A stretch of DNA of 62,880 nucleotides, filler included, from Atractiella rhizophila (lineage: Eukaryota), in the NCBI GenBank assembly GCA_021432655.1. It is 5 parts of 5 records of this genome, joined end to end, with 100 filler letters (N's around TTAATTAATTAA, not from the genome) between each part and the next. Parts side by side here need not be neighbours in the genome. Positions count along the whole stretch, not along the records: positions 1 to 23,344 come from MU271320.1; 4 more parts are not named here. The stretch is one strand, 5' to 3'. The notes under the pieces were generated by a model. It did no database searches. It saw only the letters and a program-made list of their open reading frames with translations, and was not told the origin of the DNA. Of the stretch, positions 1 through 12,589 are shown piece after piece (positions within the stretch are counted from its first letter, which is position 1; the number at the start of each line of letters is the position of its first letter). The position numbers and the translations under genes are program-made.

Positions 1-227
1 TGTCTCTCTATACTTCTCTAATGTGCTCATTATTGACCACCAACCACTCCTAGCTTTAGATCCTTACACTAACAAGAAGCCGACAGATGCAGCTTCTTCC
101 TCTGTATTGCCTCTAGTGTGCTCTCCTCCAGATTCTTCTGTGGTCTTCGTCAACCTCCCAGGTGGACCACCTCCTACAGTTCCAAATATTTTCTAGCAGA
201 GAACTGGACAATATGCAGGCTCTCAAG

Positions 228-420
228 TGTTAGTTGTAGTGTGTTGTGTTGGTCATCTGCCTCTTATGACTCATATGAGTCATCACTATGTAGTTTAGTT
301 TTGCCTTGGTGTGTTGATGCTCATTATTGACCACCAACTACTCCTAGGTATGTCTCTCTATACTTCATCAATGCCTTATTATTAACCACCAACTACTCCT
401 AGCCTTAGATCCTTATATCA
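228..420 (+). mobile_element. Solo-LTR-like repeat, family A (partial copy 1-73, second copy 2849-2997)
   Basis: TGTTAGTT...ATCA termini. Shared core ...ccaccaactactcctagccttagatc... at 1-73, 350-420 and 2930-2997. No TSD recognised. Confidence 0.6.
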
Positions 421-1004
421 AGTAGGAGACAATCAGAAGAGTGCCAAGAGTGGAACAGATCTTGCTACCCATTATTCTGCCACTTATACAGACTTCTTTG
501 GCTTGCCCAGCAGAGTCCCTGGGTCTACCTGGTCTAAGCAAGATAAGGACGATGCAATGCAGTACATTCATGAGGTGTGACCTATCTACAGATATCCCAT
601 TCGCCACTGTTGGTCTGAGATTAGGGGAAATTTATAAGCTGCTTGACACTCTCGAAGTGATGCAGACATTGATTGATCCCATCACTTTTGCCAACAATAG
701 GGAGAAGACTCCATTTTTGCTCGCTCTTCATGTGGATCGGCATAGAGCTCAATAGTCTCTCTCTCAAGGACACCGTGTCGGCCATCCATGCCGTCAAAAG
801 CACCCTTAGCCCACGTGGCTTCCCGAGATTGAAGTTGCCTTTCACGAGTCTACGGTAACCTACTCTTCTTGTCTCCTGTTAAGGCGGACACTATGTATTG
901 TTGCCACTGGGCAATGCACCTGTATTGGAGATGAACCTACACTACTCTCTGATCTATATACAAGTGGAATAACACTGCCACAACATGTAGAGAAGAGTAG
1001 ACAA

Positions 1005-1200
1005 AACATGTAAGAGGACCAAAAAGGAAAAGCAACAGTGGGATTATGTGGGTTTGATAAGAGGAGAACAGATAGAATTGGGCTAAGTGGTGATGGAAGC
1101 ACAAATAGGTGAACGGGTGACCGGGCACTGGAGACACAGAGTAGCGACAGGAGATACAGACACGGATGATTAGGCGCCGATTTGCATAAGATGACATCTA
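1005..1200 (+). repeat. Dispersed repeat family C (second copy ~5226-5460)
   Basis: Shared catgtaagag...gtgggattatgYggRkttgataagaggaga...gcacaaatRggtg blocks. Confidence 0.55.
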
Positions 1201-2474
1201 CTTCTGAGCTTCACAAGTCATTTAGACCTACCCTTTCTCTCAGTATTCCCGATGCAACACACCTGAATATAAAGGGAGTAGTGCTCTCTATTACCAACTC
1301 TCCAATGATGGTGATCAAGTCGTCCTTCTAACAGCTGCCCATGTTGCTCACCCTTCTTAAATTTTTCCCAATACGGGTGTGACAGCAGGTCAGCTGATAT
1401 AGAAGATTGTTGCACTTGGGAATGAAGGATATTAACTGGCATCCAGCTCCATTGAACAAACCATTTACATTACAGAAAAACTCTCTTCCAGAGTGGCACT
1501 GAAGGGTTGCCCTTTATAATGGGTGAAGATCCCAACATTACCAACGAGTGTCAAAGCAATCAGGCTGTGTTGGTAAGGGCACTACTCACCATAAATGTAC
1601 TGGAAACGCTTCATCCAAATGTTGAATCCAAGGCAGCCCCTTGATAAACAGATCACTGGTTCTATCATCCACACGGATCCCATCATTGTCTCTGATGGAC
1701 TGGAACAGTATACGTGTGACTAGGGTCTCATTGAGATTTATGTTGGATTAGGAGTGATACTTCATGGTGTTGTGTTTGTGTGGCTGTCAGCTTCCTTTAC
1801 TGTGTTTAGCCACTTTATAGCTTTACCCCCTTGGGGTGGTTTAGGCAGTCATCATCTTTGACCACCAACTCCTGTTCCCTAGCTCTATCCAGCATCCATT
1901 TCTCTCAATTTACAAGGAGTGAATTGACTGGGATGGATTTTAAGGGGAACAAGATCTTTGTTGGTACGTTCTCCGATTCTATCTGGTATCACTTTTTATA
2001 GTCATTCTGTCACAGGTGACAACTTTGCTAACCTCATGTTTCCACATCCAGCCCATCAAGCAGACCAACATCAACCAGCAGACAGACTCCTGCAAGGTAG
2101 TGGTGTTGTGACACTGGACAAGTAACCTCAAAGTCAATGGCAGGGAGATGCTCTTTGTAGTGAAGAACGGTGATACATTTGGTTGTGCCAGTAGTATCTC
2201 CTCTTTCCCTCATCATTGCAAGGAGTACAGGATCAAGGAGCTGTCCATGGAGATTGGTATCCTGTCTTATAACAGTTCTAGTCCATTCTCCATGCAAGGA
2301 GATTCCGGCTCGATTATACTTGATGGGAGTGGTCGCATTGTCAGCTTGCTCACTGGCCATAATGACCAACAAACAAACATGACAGATGTGGTGTATGCGA
2401 CCCTATACTGGTGGCTTGAGCAGCATATCAAGAGGGTCTATCCCGATTGTTACCTCTACAATACTGCTGAATAG
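1200..2474 (+). pseudogene. Fragmented fungal trypsin-like serine protease-family gene
   Basis: Pieces translate as SELHKSFRPTLSLSI, TPEYKGSSALYYQLS...VVLLTAAHV (His motif), GNKIFVG, NGREMLFVVKNG and FSMQGDSGSIILDGSGRIVSLLTG...YATLYWWL (GDSGS motif). Frameshifts, stops and an inserted segment are present. Confidence 0.65.
1741..1914 (+). mobile_element. Solo-LTR-like repeat, family B (second copy ~5029-5220; degraded inverted pieces ~3060-3540)
   Basis: Both copies start TGTTGGAT, share ttcatggtgttgtgtttgtgt and agtcatcatctttgac...ccctagctctatccagcatc, and end in CA. Confidence 0.55.
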
Positions 2475-5400
2475 GTTAGAGCCTGCACTTCATTTCCTAT
2501 GCCCACTCTGAAGTAATCAGCATCTCACTTCTCATGGGTACCGAATCTGTGAAAGCCCTGACTTCACTCTTCGCTTGCGACTTTGAGCCTTTAAAATTTG
2601 ATCCGTTCCTTTGTCGTTAAGGTAACCTTTGCCTGCCCTCTCCCTTCCTACCTTTGTAAATAGCCCTTACAATGCCCCTCATACAACCAGCACTCCTGGC
2701 TCTATCCTCTTTAAGCATAACAAGACAAGTACTATAACTTTATGCATTTTAGATCTTCTCATAATGCCATTTATTAGCTGGCTTTTTCTGGGGCAATAAA
2801 AGCATACATGGATGCTTCTTATGAAGGAACGTGCTGTCATCAACATATTGTTAGTTATAGTGTGCTCTATTGGTTATCTGCCTCATGTGACTCTTATGAG
2901 TCATTACTATGTGCATCATTTAGTTTATGACTCTCTATACTAGCCTAATGTCTTATCATTGTCCACCAATTACTCCTAGCCTTAGATCATTACATCAAGT
3001 GGATGGCAAAATTGAAATTTGAATTCTAACTGATCTGTGAATCCCTAGCCACTGCTCTTGTTACCATAAGAGAATATGATGCCGGATAGAGCTAGGTGAT
3101 GGGAGCTGGTGGCCAAAGATGCTTGGATTGAGAACAAAACATATACCTGGGGGATGGTTAGTGGTTAAAAAATTGATGATCACCAAGACAGCCCCCCTAG
3201 GGAGTAAAACTAGGAAGTGAGTAGACAGAACGCACAAAGATGGCTGACCACACAACAATACACAGGGATATAGCACCTATTCCAACAAGAAGGTCTATGC
3301 TCGAGATGTTGCCAGATATTATGAGAGAGAGATGCTCTGCAAGGTTAGGAAGGAGGGGATAATGTTTGAAGAGCCACAAGATCTGCTTGATCAGTGGAAG
3401 GAGTGGCAGGAGCTAAGAGAATGTGATACAGGATGGCACTAGGGGACAGAAGTTGCAGTCAAAGTTGATAAGATTGACAAGAAAAGCATACCTAGAGGAC
3501 AGGAGTTGGTGGTCAAAGTCAAAGATAATGACTATTAAGAGTGATGTCAGACAGTGCAACACTCCTTAGGATAATTCTAGACCAGGAGCTTTGCTGGAAC
3601 ATCAGCTCTCTTTCAATAGAAGAAGAAGGATGTAAGCACTCATAGCAATAGCATCACTGGCAAAGACGACTGGAGGCATCAAACTGGCCAAATTTTATCA
3701 CCTGTACATATCTATTCTCTGTGCTGCCTTCGTGTGGCACCAACCATACATCTGATCAGCTATCATCACCACTTAGCCCAATATATCATGCTACGCACTA
3801 TCAAATTGACCCCATCCTGCCCTTGATTTTGATACTAACCTTCCTGACCCAATTATCCACTTAGACAGAATTATTCTTTATGCCACAATGTATCTCCTCA
3901 TTGTACTCTAGCCATACCTATAGGCTGGCTTTTGTTACTAAATTCCCTTACCTTTTATACCAAAATTTTCACTATTCTGCCCTTTCCTTTCCCTTAGATC
4001 AGGAATTGATCCATCCTCTCCTTCTTTCTACCAGCTTCTTGCCCTCCTTCTCCTCCAAATACCCAAGTCTAAAGAGCTAGGGGTGGACAATTACAATGCA
4101 ATTGCTGACAACAAGACTGGAGCACAGAGGATAAGGTAGGGTTAGTAGTAATTGACCTGGTATTAAAGTGGTCTTTTGAGATCAGAATTGGTGATGCCAG
4201 CTAGAATTCAATCTTTGAGGCTGAGTTGATGGAAATTGGGCTAGCTCTGGGACGTCTAGCTCACTTGAAAGAAGGTCCACTAAATGTAGTGATCATTTCT
4301 CACAGCCAGAGCATTATTATGAGACCCGTGCAATATATTGCACTAAACATATACTCAATGCTAAATCTCCTCACTAAGCTACTCCCATAAGCATCAATCT
4401 GTCTGCAATGGGTTCCAAGTCATCCGAAGGTTAAGAGAAACAAGGCAGCAGATTCTCTGGCATGCAAAGCGACAAAGAGAAAGGATGTTGCTCCACCTTC
4501 TCCAATCATTTTTTGCCCATCCTCTTTTCTGCAGACCATCCGTGTCTATTCATTCCTTAATTCTAACCCCCCGCTAGTGTTGGAAAACATCATACCAAAG
4601 CAGAATGAAAGCTACCTTCAGCCAAATTGTACAGTATGCCTGCTCAACTCCCTAAAATGATGCCTTCAATTGTGGGTCAACTCAGATCAGGCTGTGTGGG
4701 ACTCAGGGACTACCTGCACCTTCTTGTAGTGTGTGAGTCCCCCCTTTGTGAGTTCTGTTGTTCTCATGATCAAACACTATTTGCAGTCATGCAAGAGGTA
4801 CAGGTACCATCAGGAAATGGTTAGGAAGAGGCTACCTAAAGTCAGAATCTGTCTCACAAGCAATACATCCATTCTCTCCAATACTGACACGTTACCACAT
4901 CTCTAGAAGTTCATCAGAGCCACTAGCTAGTAGATTTACTCGTCACACATAAGCAACTGAAAGGATTTCCCACTATAAGAAGAATCACAAGGCGGTTCAA
5001 CAACACGACACCTTATTTTCTCTCCCTTTGTTGGATGAGGTGCAATATTTCATGGTGTTGTGTTTGTGTAGTCAGCCACCTACCTTGTATTTACTTACTC
5101 TATAGTTCTTCTCCCTAGAAGGTGGATTTGATAGTCATCATCTTTGACAGCCAACTCTCTATCCCCTAGCTCTATCCAGCATCAGATTCTCTTACATTTT
5201 ACCCTCACAATTTGACTACATTATCATGAAGCATGTAAGAGACCTAAAAGGGGAAGCAATGGTGGGATTATGCGGAGTTGATAAGAGGAGAGCAAACACA
5301 AATGCCAGTGGTGACAGGAGGCACAAATGGGTGCCGATACGCACAGAACATAACAGTGACGGGAGACACAAACAGGCCGTTTGCACAAGACATAAACCTG

Positions 5401-5792
5401 ACACAGACATGTCATTGGCTCTCCCATATTCACTACACACCGACATATCACTTAGGAAAGTCATCCACCTATCACGTTACATTTCACTCTTTTCTCCTTC
5501 CCTCGCGTTGTTAAATCAGCCTTGCCTTTTACAGTTATAATGGCGCCAACATGGATATTGTAATTGTGTGCTTGATTCCTGAAGCGGTTGGCATGGGTGA
5601 TGAAGTAGGTATTTGAAAGTTCATGCATGCAATCTGTTCAGGATCCACTTTATATATAATGATAAGGACAAGGATTCAGGGTTGGACACAATACCTTTGA
5701 TCATCACATAAGCGATGTCAATACTGTGCTGATTAAGCTTATGAAATCTCTGCGTGACCTGCGACACATGACCAATTTACCACCCCATGGTA

Positions 5793-7343
5793 TTACTCCA
5801 ATATTATCCTCCTTGGTGGTTCCTCCATCAATCTTCCCTCACCACATTCATATATCATCTTCCTCCGTAGATACGGCATATTTCGCTGCCCATAATCAAA
5901 GACACCACCAACACGTGACAGGCATTCCATCACCATGCTCGTGAACAGTCCGCAATCGTAGCCGTTATTTTGTTGCGGCGTATTCTGAACGAGCCCTTTC
6001 AGTGAGTTATGGCATATATCAAAACCTGCGCACAGGATCATAAAAATCCTCCCATTCGGAAAGATCTATTGGTGCTCCCTTCTTATCCATATGTTCATTC
6101 TCGAAGTAGCATCTAAGGTTCTGGAACTACGTCAACGAAGCGTTGGATGCAGAATAGGAGACACACTTCGAGCACCCTAGGATCCTGTCGGGCCATGGAG
6201 TCGTAATACTCAAAGCGTTTCAAGCGAATGTTGATAGCTGCAATAACCCAGTGTGTATTGCAAACATTGATCGGGATCCATAGGATATCTTTAGAAAAAA
6301 CATCGACCTGTCAGTATAATTAGTGATAAGTGGTTTGGAAATTGGACTCGGACTACCTTCTTTGTCCACCGACGGACGCCGTCATATCCAGCCTTACTGG
6401 TCAACTTGGAATAGAAGAAACTTGAATACACATGGACGTCGTAGTAGTCCTTCTCTGCCCCACTCTTGTTGATGGATCCTCTGCTCCTAGACATGACAAG
6501 ACTCCCGTAAAAGTTCACCACTTCATCATTAAGCCATTGACCTGGCAACAATTTGCGAAGGTCGGAGTCACTGACTTGTGCGCCAGGAATCTCTTTCACT
6601 ACCCCGCGAAGCTTCAGTAGCTGCTGTACTCGGGCCTCCTCGTCATCGCTTAGTTTCTCCCTGAAAGCTCGCCGTTTCTCCTTTAATGCCCGATCATGCG
6701 CTTTGGATCGTAAACTCAGCCGTTGGAACTCGGGGAGAATGGGTTGTTTCGGAGGTGGAGCATCGCGAGCTCGACGAGCGATTTGAAGCTTTTCAGCAAG
6801 TGAATCCTACACTGACGTTATTGACCAAGGTATCGTCCAGGAGCAACACACGGATGAAGAGGTCCATGGCATGTCCTGGTAAATGGAGTCTAGTCTCTTC
6901 TTAAAAGGCTCGAAGCTCGGCTCCAAAGGCAACTCTAGATAGTCTCTTCGCATTCGTCCGAGGTCGACATTGAAGGCTGCGATGACAGCTGCTGGGGAGG
7001 GCGTCGCGGTGGTGGTCTTGGACCCCATCACTTCATGATATCGACCTAACACTTCTTTTTGCAGCTGTCTTTGATGCTTGGACGCGCCAGTGATTAAGTA
7101 GTCTCGCCTGTGGGCAATTTGACTCACCCAGACGCTAAACAACGGTTTTCTACTGCCTCTCACGAGGGAGACAGCGGAATAAGAGTCCGTAGACGGGAGT
7201 GTTGCCACAGACGAGCTCGAAGACGACGCAGTAGGTGACCGCAAAAACCCAACGATTTTGCTTAGCACAGACTTACGCTTTCTTGCGTGTTCACAGTCGT
7301 AAAAATCGTCTGGATGGCTCCTTTTGAGGGAAGTAACGCTCAT
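5793..7343 (-). CDS. ULP1: Ulp1/SENP-type SUMO protease (peptidase C48), multi-exon
   Basis: WLNDEVVNFYG, IPINVCNTHW (His), FEYYDSM (Asp), PQQNNGYDCG (Gln/Cys); short GT-AG introns. Confidence 0.88.
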
Positions 7344-7449
7344 GGTCGCAGAGTGGCTGATGAAGATTGATGAATCTGATGCATGTTGATGTAGCCGGCG
7401 TAAAGATATTTTTCCCAGCCAGCAAGCAACACAGAACTTATCTCCAAGA

Positions 7450-9562
7450 ATGGATGGGGATCAGCAGCTGAACCATTATCTCGAAAAGCGTCAGAGAATA
7501 CTGAAAAGGAAAACTAGAGAGGATGACATACCTCCAGCAGCTGACCTTGGGAAGTACCTGAAGGCGGATAACAGCTCCATTGACAATTCGACATCCGTGT
7601 GTGTACCTTTTTTTGCTTGACAAAGTCTAAACTCTTTTATGAAAGAAAGGTGGAAAGCCTCTTAAAAACCACCTAGCTCATACTTCTCATTCTCGTCTCC
7701 AAAACGCTGTCTCTTCGCTCTCACACGATGCGTTACTTTTGCCAACCGCTTCGTCCTCAAGCGGTCTCATAGAGACGTCAACACCCTTAGAGCGTACCTG
7801 GAAAGCCACTCAAGAGGATATAGCAACCGCAGAAGGTGTCGGTGCTGGAGTAGTGGAGCGAAATTCGCTGGATCTCTCTCTGAATTTCGGCCCATATGAC
7901 TTTGACTGGAGTAGAAATGGAAGGTGGTTACTACTTGGCGGGAGAAGAGGTCACCTGGCTACTCTTGACGCTGTTACTAAGAACATCGGATGCGAAATTC
8001 ATGTCAAAGAAACTACAAAAGCAGTCCGGTATTGGCGTCCCTGCATCCTGTATCTCGACTGACAAGGCTACAGGTGGCTGCACAACCAGACATTTTTTGC
8101 AGCCGCTCAGAAAAAATACGTTTATATCTACGACCACCAAGGCGTAGAGGTCCATCAGCTTCGAAATCATGTCGACGTTAACAACATGGAATTTCTTCCC
8201 TACCACTTTCTTCTCGCTACAATTGTGGGTTACCGGCCTGTGCTGCTCTTGCCCAATTCCTGATAAGACCATGCAGGGAAATTCTGGTTATCTTAAATAT
8301 CAAGATACTTCGACAGGCGATGTTGTTGCTGAGCATCGTACAAAGCTCGGAAAGTGCCACACGATGACGCAGAATCGACACAACGCTTTTATTCACCTGG
8401 GACACACTAATGGTGCGTTCGGTTAGGCTGTCGCTTCAAATATCTGAGTATCAGCCAGGCACCGTAACATTGTGGTCTCCTTCCGTATCTCGTCCCCAAG
8501 TGAAACTGTTGGCACACCTTGGTCCAGTGAGCTCCATTGCCATTGATTCTTCCACAGAGGGACATTATATGGCGACTGGTGGTCTGGACGGCAGTGTCAA
8601 AGTGTGGGACATGCGGAAATGGGACTCTCTCACGGAGTGGAAAGTTCCAAAGTCTGTGCAGAGCATGGCATTCAGTGGCAAGGGTCTCCTTGCCATCGCC
8701 TGGGGCAAGACCACTCATGTGGGTCGTTACTTTCTCCATTCCTTTCACCGACAAATCCAAAGGTTTACAACGACACAACAAAAACAAGTTTATCACACCC
8801 GCCCCTGTACATGTCTGAATTATTTCCATCTACCCCGTTAACAACCGTCAGCTTTCGGCCTTTCGAAGATGTCCTGGGTGTCGGTCACAGCAGCGGTTTC
8901 AAATCCCTCGTCATCCCCGGAAGTGCAGAATTTAATCTCGACTCTGGTGAAGCGGATCCCTACGAAACCAGGGAGAAACGGAGAGAACGGGAAGTGAAAG
9001 CTGTTTTGGAAAAACTGCAACCAGACATGATTACACTGGATGCTCATTTGAGTGCGTCACACCGAGTCTGTATCTGCGGTATGATGTACTAATAGTATTC
9101 TTTAGTGGGTAAACTTGATCCGACTGCGAGGACAGTCACTGGACCCCATCAATCAAAGTTGTCATTTGCAAGAAAAACTCGGTTCGACCGAATGGCAGAA
9201 GAGGACGACAGGGCCAACTTTGATGGAACTGACGATGAAGGGATAAATGTGGGGGCGACCACTCGAATCAAAAAGGTGCTCAAACAGAGCAACGTCGGAG
9301 ACAAGGGACGAAAGAAAAGCTTGAAGCGATATTTGAAGCGGAGGAAGGCAGATGTAATCACGAAAGAAACGGTGCGTATTCTTTATCAGTCATAGAAATG
9401 TTGATGACACCACATTGTTAGGAGGCTATCAAAGCAAAGATCAAAGAGAGAAAAGCACTGGCAGAAGAACGCAGAACAAAAGCACTTGCAGCGTCCGAGT
9501 TAGTAGATCGTACATCGATGGAACGTTCTGGAGCAGCCCTTGCGCGTTTCCAGAGGCGGTGA
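7450..9562 (+). CDS. UTP7: SSU processome WD40 protein Utp7 (BING4-CT family), multi-exon
   Basis: [88 protein letters not shown]-terminal ALARF. Confidence 0.92.
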
Positions 9563-9914
9563 ACGACTTTTGAATCCAGTGATGTCATCACACCTGCTTT
9601 CTCAGTTAAGACTCGGCACTGTAAAGGCAAAAGTGATGTAAAAACCTTGTAGTCCTAGCACATTGCAAGTGGAATTTAATTCACTCAAATGGGACGGTTA
9701 TTGTTATTGTTGCTTTTAGTTTCATAAGTCCTTGGAAGCAAACATTGTACACAGATACTGTTGAGTGAGTGACTAGGTATTGAATTGACAACTGCATGCG
9801 CTAACAAAACCGATGACTGCACTTGAAGAATCACTGCGATGAAATTGAAACGGCATCGATGAATGTACTGAAGCTACAACAGAGCGCTACATGCCAATAA
9901 TCTGCCAACGCACA

Positions 9915-12375
9915 TTAAACCGAATGTCCTGGTACTGCCGAAGTCGCTGGCCGACCGCCCGGCTGTTGAGACGCTGAAGACGTCGAAGAAGTTGTGTTCG
10001 TTCGCAGGACCTTTGATTGACAACCTCCTTGATGAGATGCAGTTCGTTTATTGGTGCTGTTAAGCTTTGATTTGACGTTGAAATATCTGTCAAGAAAGGT
10101 CGGTCGCAAGTGTTTCATATCTTGTAATCTGGCGACATGCTGTTCCTGGAGGAGAACCGCCTGAATTACCGCAATTAAACATTCAAAAGCTTCTTCTTCT
10201 TCAAACCTAGGTACTACTTTTCCGCCGCCAGAGATCGTCGAGAGTTCCTCTTGCGTCTCCTCTTCGGTTGGGTGTTGGAGAAATGACGTCAGCACTCGAG
10301 CTTCATTGCGGTTGGCAAGGTTGAGAGCATTACAACACTGATGCGCGATAACGGCTCGACGCATCTTCGTTTTCGGATCACTCACGTAGCGAGGAGACAG
10401 GAAAAGGCGAAAAAGAACTATGATGGGGCCAAAAATAGGGATCTCAAGCACCACGTCGTCTTCGAAACCGTCAGCCTGTCCTGTAATATCTGCCTTTTTC
10501 GATTCTGCCGAAGTTCTGCTAAGATAACCTTCGATCTTGGATCCAAGTTCAGGTATTTCATACTCGTTGATGTGTGCAAAAGTGAAGACAGAAAGGACGT
10601 GGTAGATGGACTCGAAATCATCCAACAATTGGTGATGGCCCTTTCCCACAATTCTCTGAGCCGCAATATATATCCATGTCCCCTGACACAACCTGAGCAA
10701 TTTGTCCAAGCGAAAGTGCTCGCACGTACTGTTCTCTCCCGACTACTAACTCCGCCCATTTTCTTTTTGATAGCGAAGTCGAAGTCTTGAACCAATGACT
10801 GCATTCCTTCGTTCTTGGACGGAAAGGTGAAGACCAGGTTTCCATCACTGATGTCTCGATGAAGCATCCCTAATTTTGATAATGCTAGCACACCTGAAAG
10901 ACAGGGGTCGGTAGAATACAAGACGCAATGTAACTTGACCAACCTCGGAGTGCACCTAAGATCCCGTGAAGAAGTTCGAACCCATTTTTAAAAGTTGACA
11001 AAGGGCGAACAAATGGCAGCGCCATAAGGTGAAACTGTTGATCTAGGAAAGACCGCCCATCTGTTGTCATTTGACCATTCAGATGTTCGTTAGTTGACAG
11101 TTCACCGCAATTCCAGTTGCTCGTGGAATATTCGGGACCAACAGCACAACCTCCATACAGCATCCTCTGAACATTTCCCACCTTTTTCTTCTCCAACTCT
11201 TCATAAATCGCAGATTCCATAAGACGACCTTCGCCGGTATATGACCAGCTTGCCTCGACAAAAATGAGCTCGCTGGGCTTTTGGCGGTCCCACGCCGCAA
11301 AATATTTCGCATTTCTGCCACAGAGAGAACCACGATATTTGCCCAATCGGACGGCTATGACCTTTCGTGTTAATAGGCCAGGGCGGAGGCTAGGAGGCGA
11401 TGTCGAATTCTCAGGCCCATCTTCAGATACAGACAGAGGGATCGCGATTTCCCAATACGGTTCTCCGCTTATGATTGGATTGTCAAAACCGGCCGCTTCA
11501 ATTTTTCTCATATGTGCTTTGAAAACTGCTTCGGCGAGAATGATGTCCGCTTGCGGCGCTGGACTAAAAAGTTGGTTGGCGCCTCTTTGTGTTGGAGTCG
11601 AAGCAGCAAAGGCTTTGACGAACTGTATGAATTGCTTCTGGTCGTCTTTCTCCCGGAAGTCGAACGTATCGGTGTAAACGATACGTTGGGGGTCCCACCG
11701 AAGCAGCCTGGCCGAGCGTTTGAATATGAAAATGAGAATGGCACTCGTTCGATGTTGGATCTGGGAGATGTCGAAAAGATAGTGAAGCAGCTGTTTGAGC
11801 GCATCTTCACGCTTGCGGCTCAGCTCTAGCTTCGTTTCGAACGGATCATCCATCCCCAACTTGATATCGCCGACAACTTCTGCGTGTAACCAGCAGACAT
11901 TAGTTACTGGCTTTGCTCCCATGCTAATGTCACAGCAGGGTGTGCCCGCCACTCTGAGCGGATCGACAGCGAAGAAATCAGGATTGTTAAGGGTGACTTT
12001 CTGGTCGCGGCTTGTGTGAACGTTGACGAATGTTAGTTTGCTAGGCTCGCTCTTGCAGGCGTCGTTGAGGAGTTTTATCTATGCATATATGTCAACGTTG
12101 GATATAGAGATGAGCAGCCAGCATTGTTGAGAACTTACTATGGGATCGTACACATCTGTCTCGGCGGAGTACTTCCCTTCGAAAGTCGACTTCCAGTTCC
12201 CATGTTCTGTATCGGATACATCCCAATCCTTGTATCCTCCAAAAAACACGTCCAGAAATTCTGTCTTTTTTGCTTGAAAGTATCGTCCGTGGGTTTCTAA
12301 CACAATCCCTTGCCTCTGCAAAGCGGCGCTGTCACTGACAGCTCCTAAAGTCGCGTGACGCGTCGTATGTTTCAT
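9915..12375 (-). CDS. Fungal-type protein kinase (FunK1/Pkinase_fungal), multi-exon; start approximate
   Basis: ARLLRWD, GRNAKYF, LHRDISDGNL, DFDFA, RT-GTWIYIA, HQLLDDFESIYHVL. Confidence 0.8.
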
Positions 12376-12589
12376 GGGAGAGGCGCAAGTGCTTTGTTGA
12401 ACGACGCCATGTAAGTTTACTCTAAAGTGGTCTAAAAGCTGGAGGTATTTGAGCGCTCTACAAGGGATATCTGCTGCCGTAGCGGTTAATTGTAATTTTA
12501 CGTAAATCTAAGTGGACACCCAGATGTCGATGTTGTGGCCAACACCATTTACAAATTCTATGTATTGCGCGTACTCTACCAGGACTACA

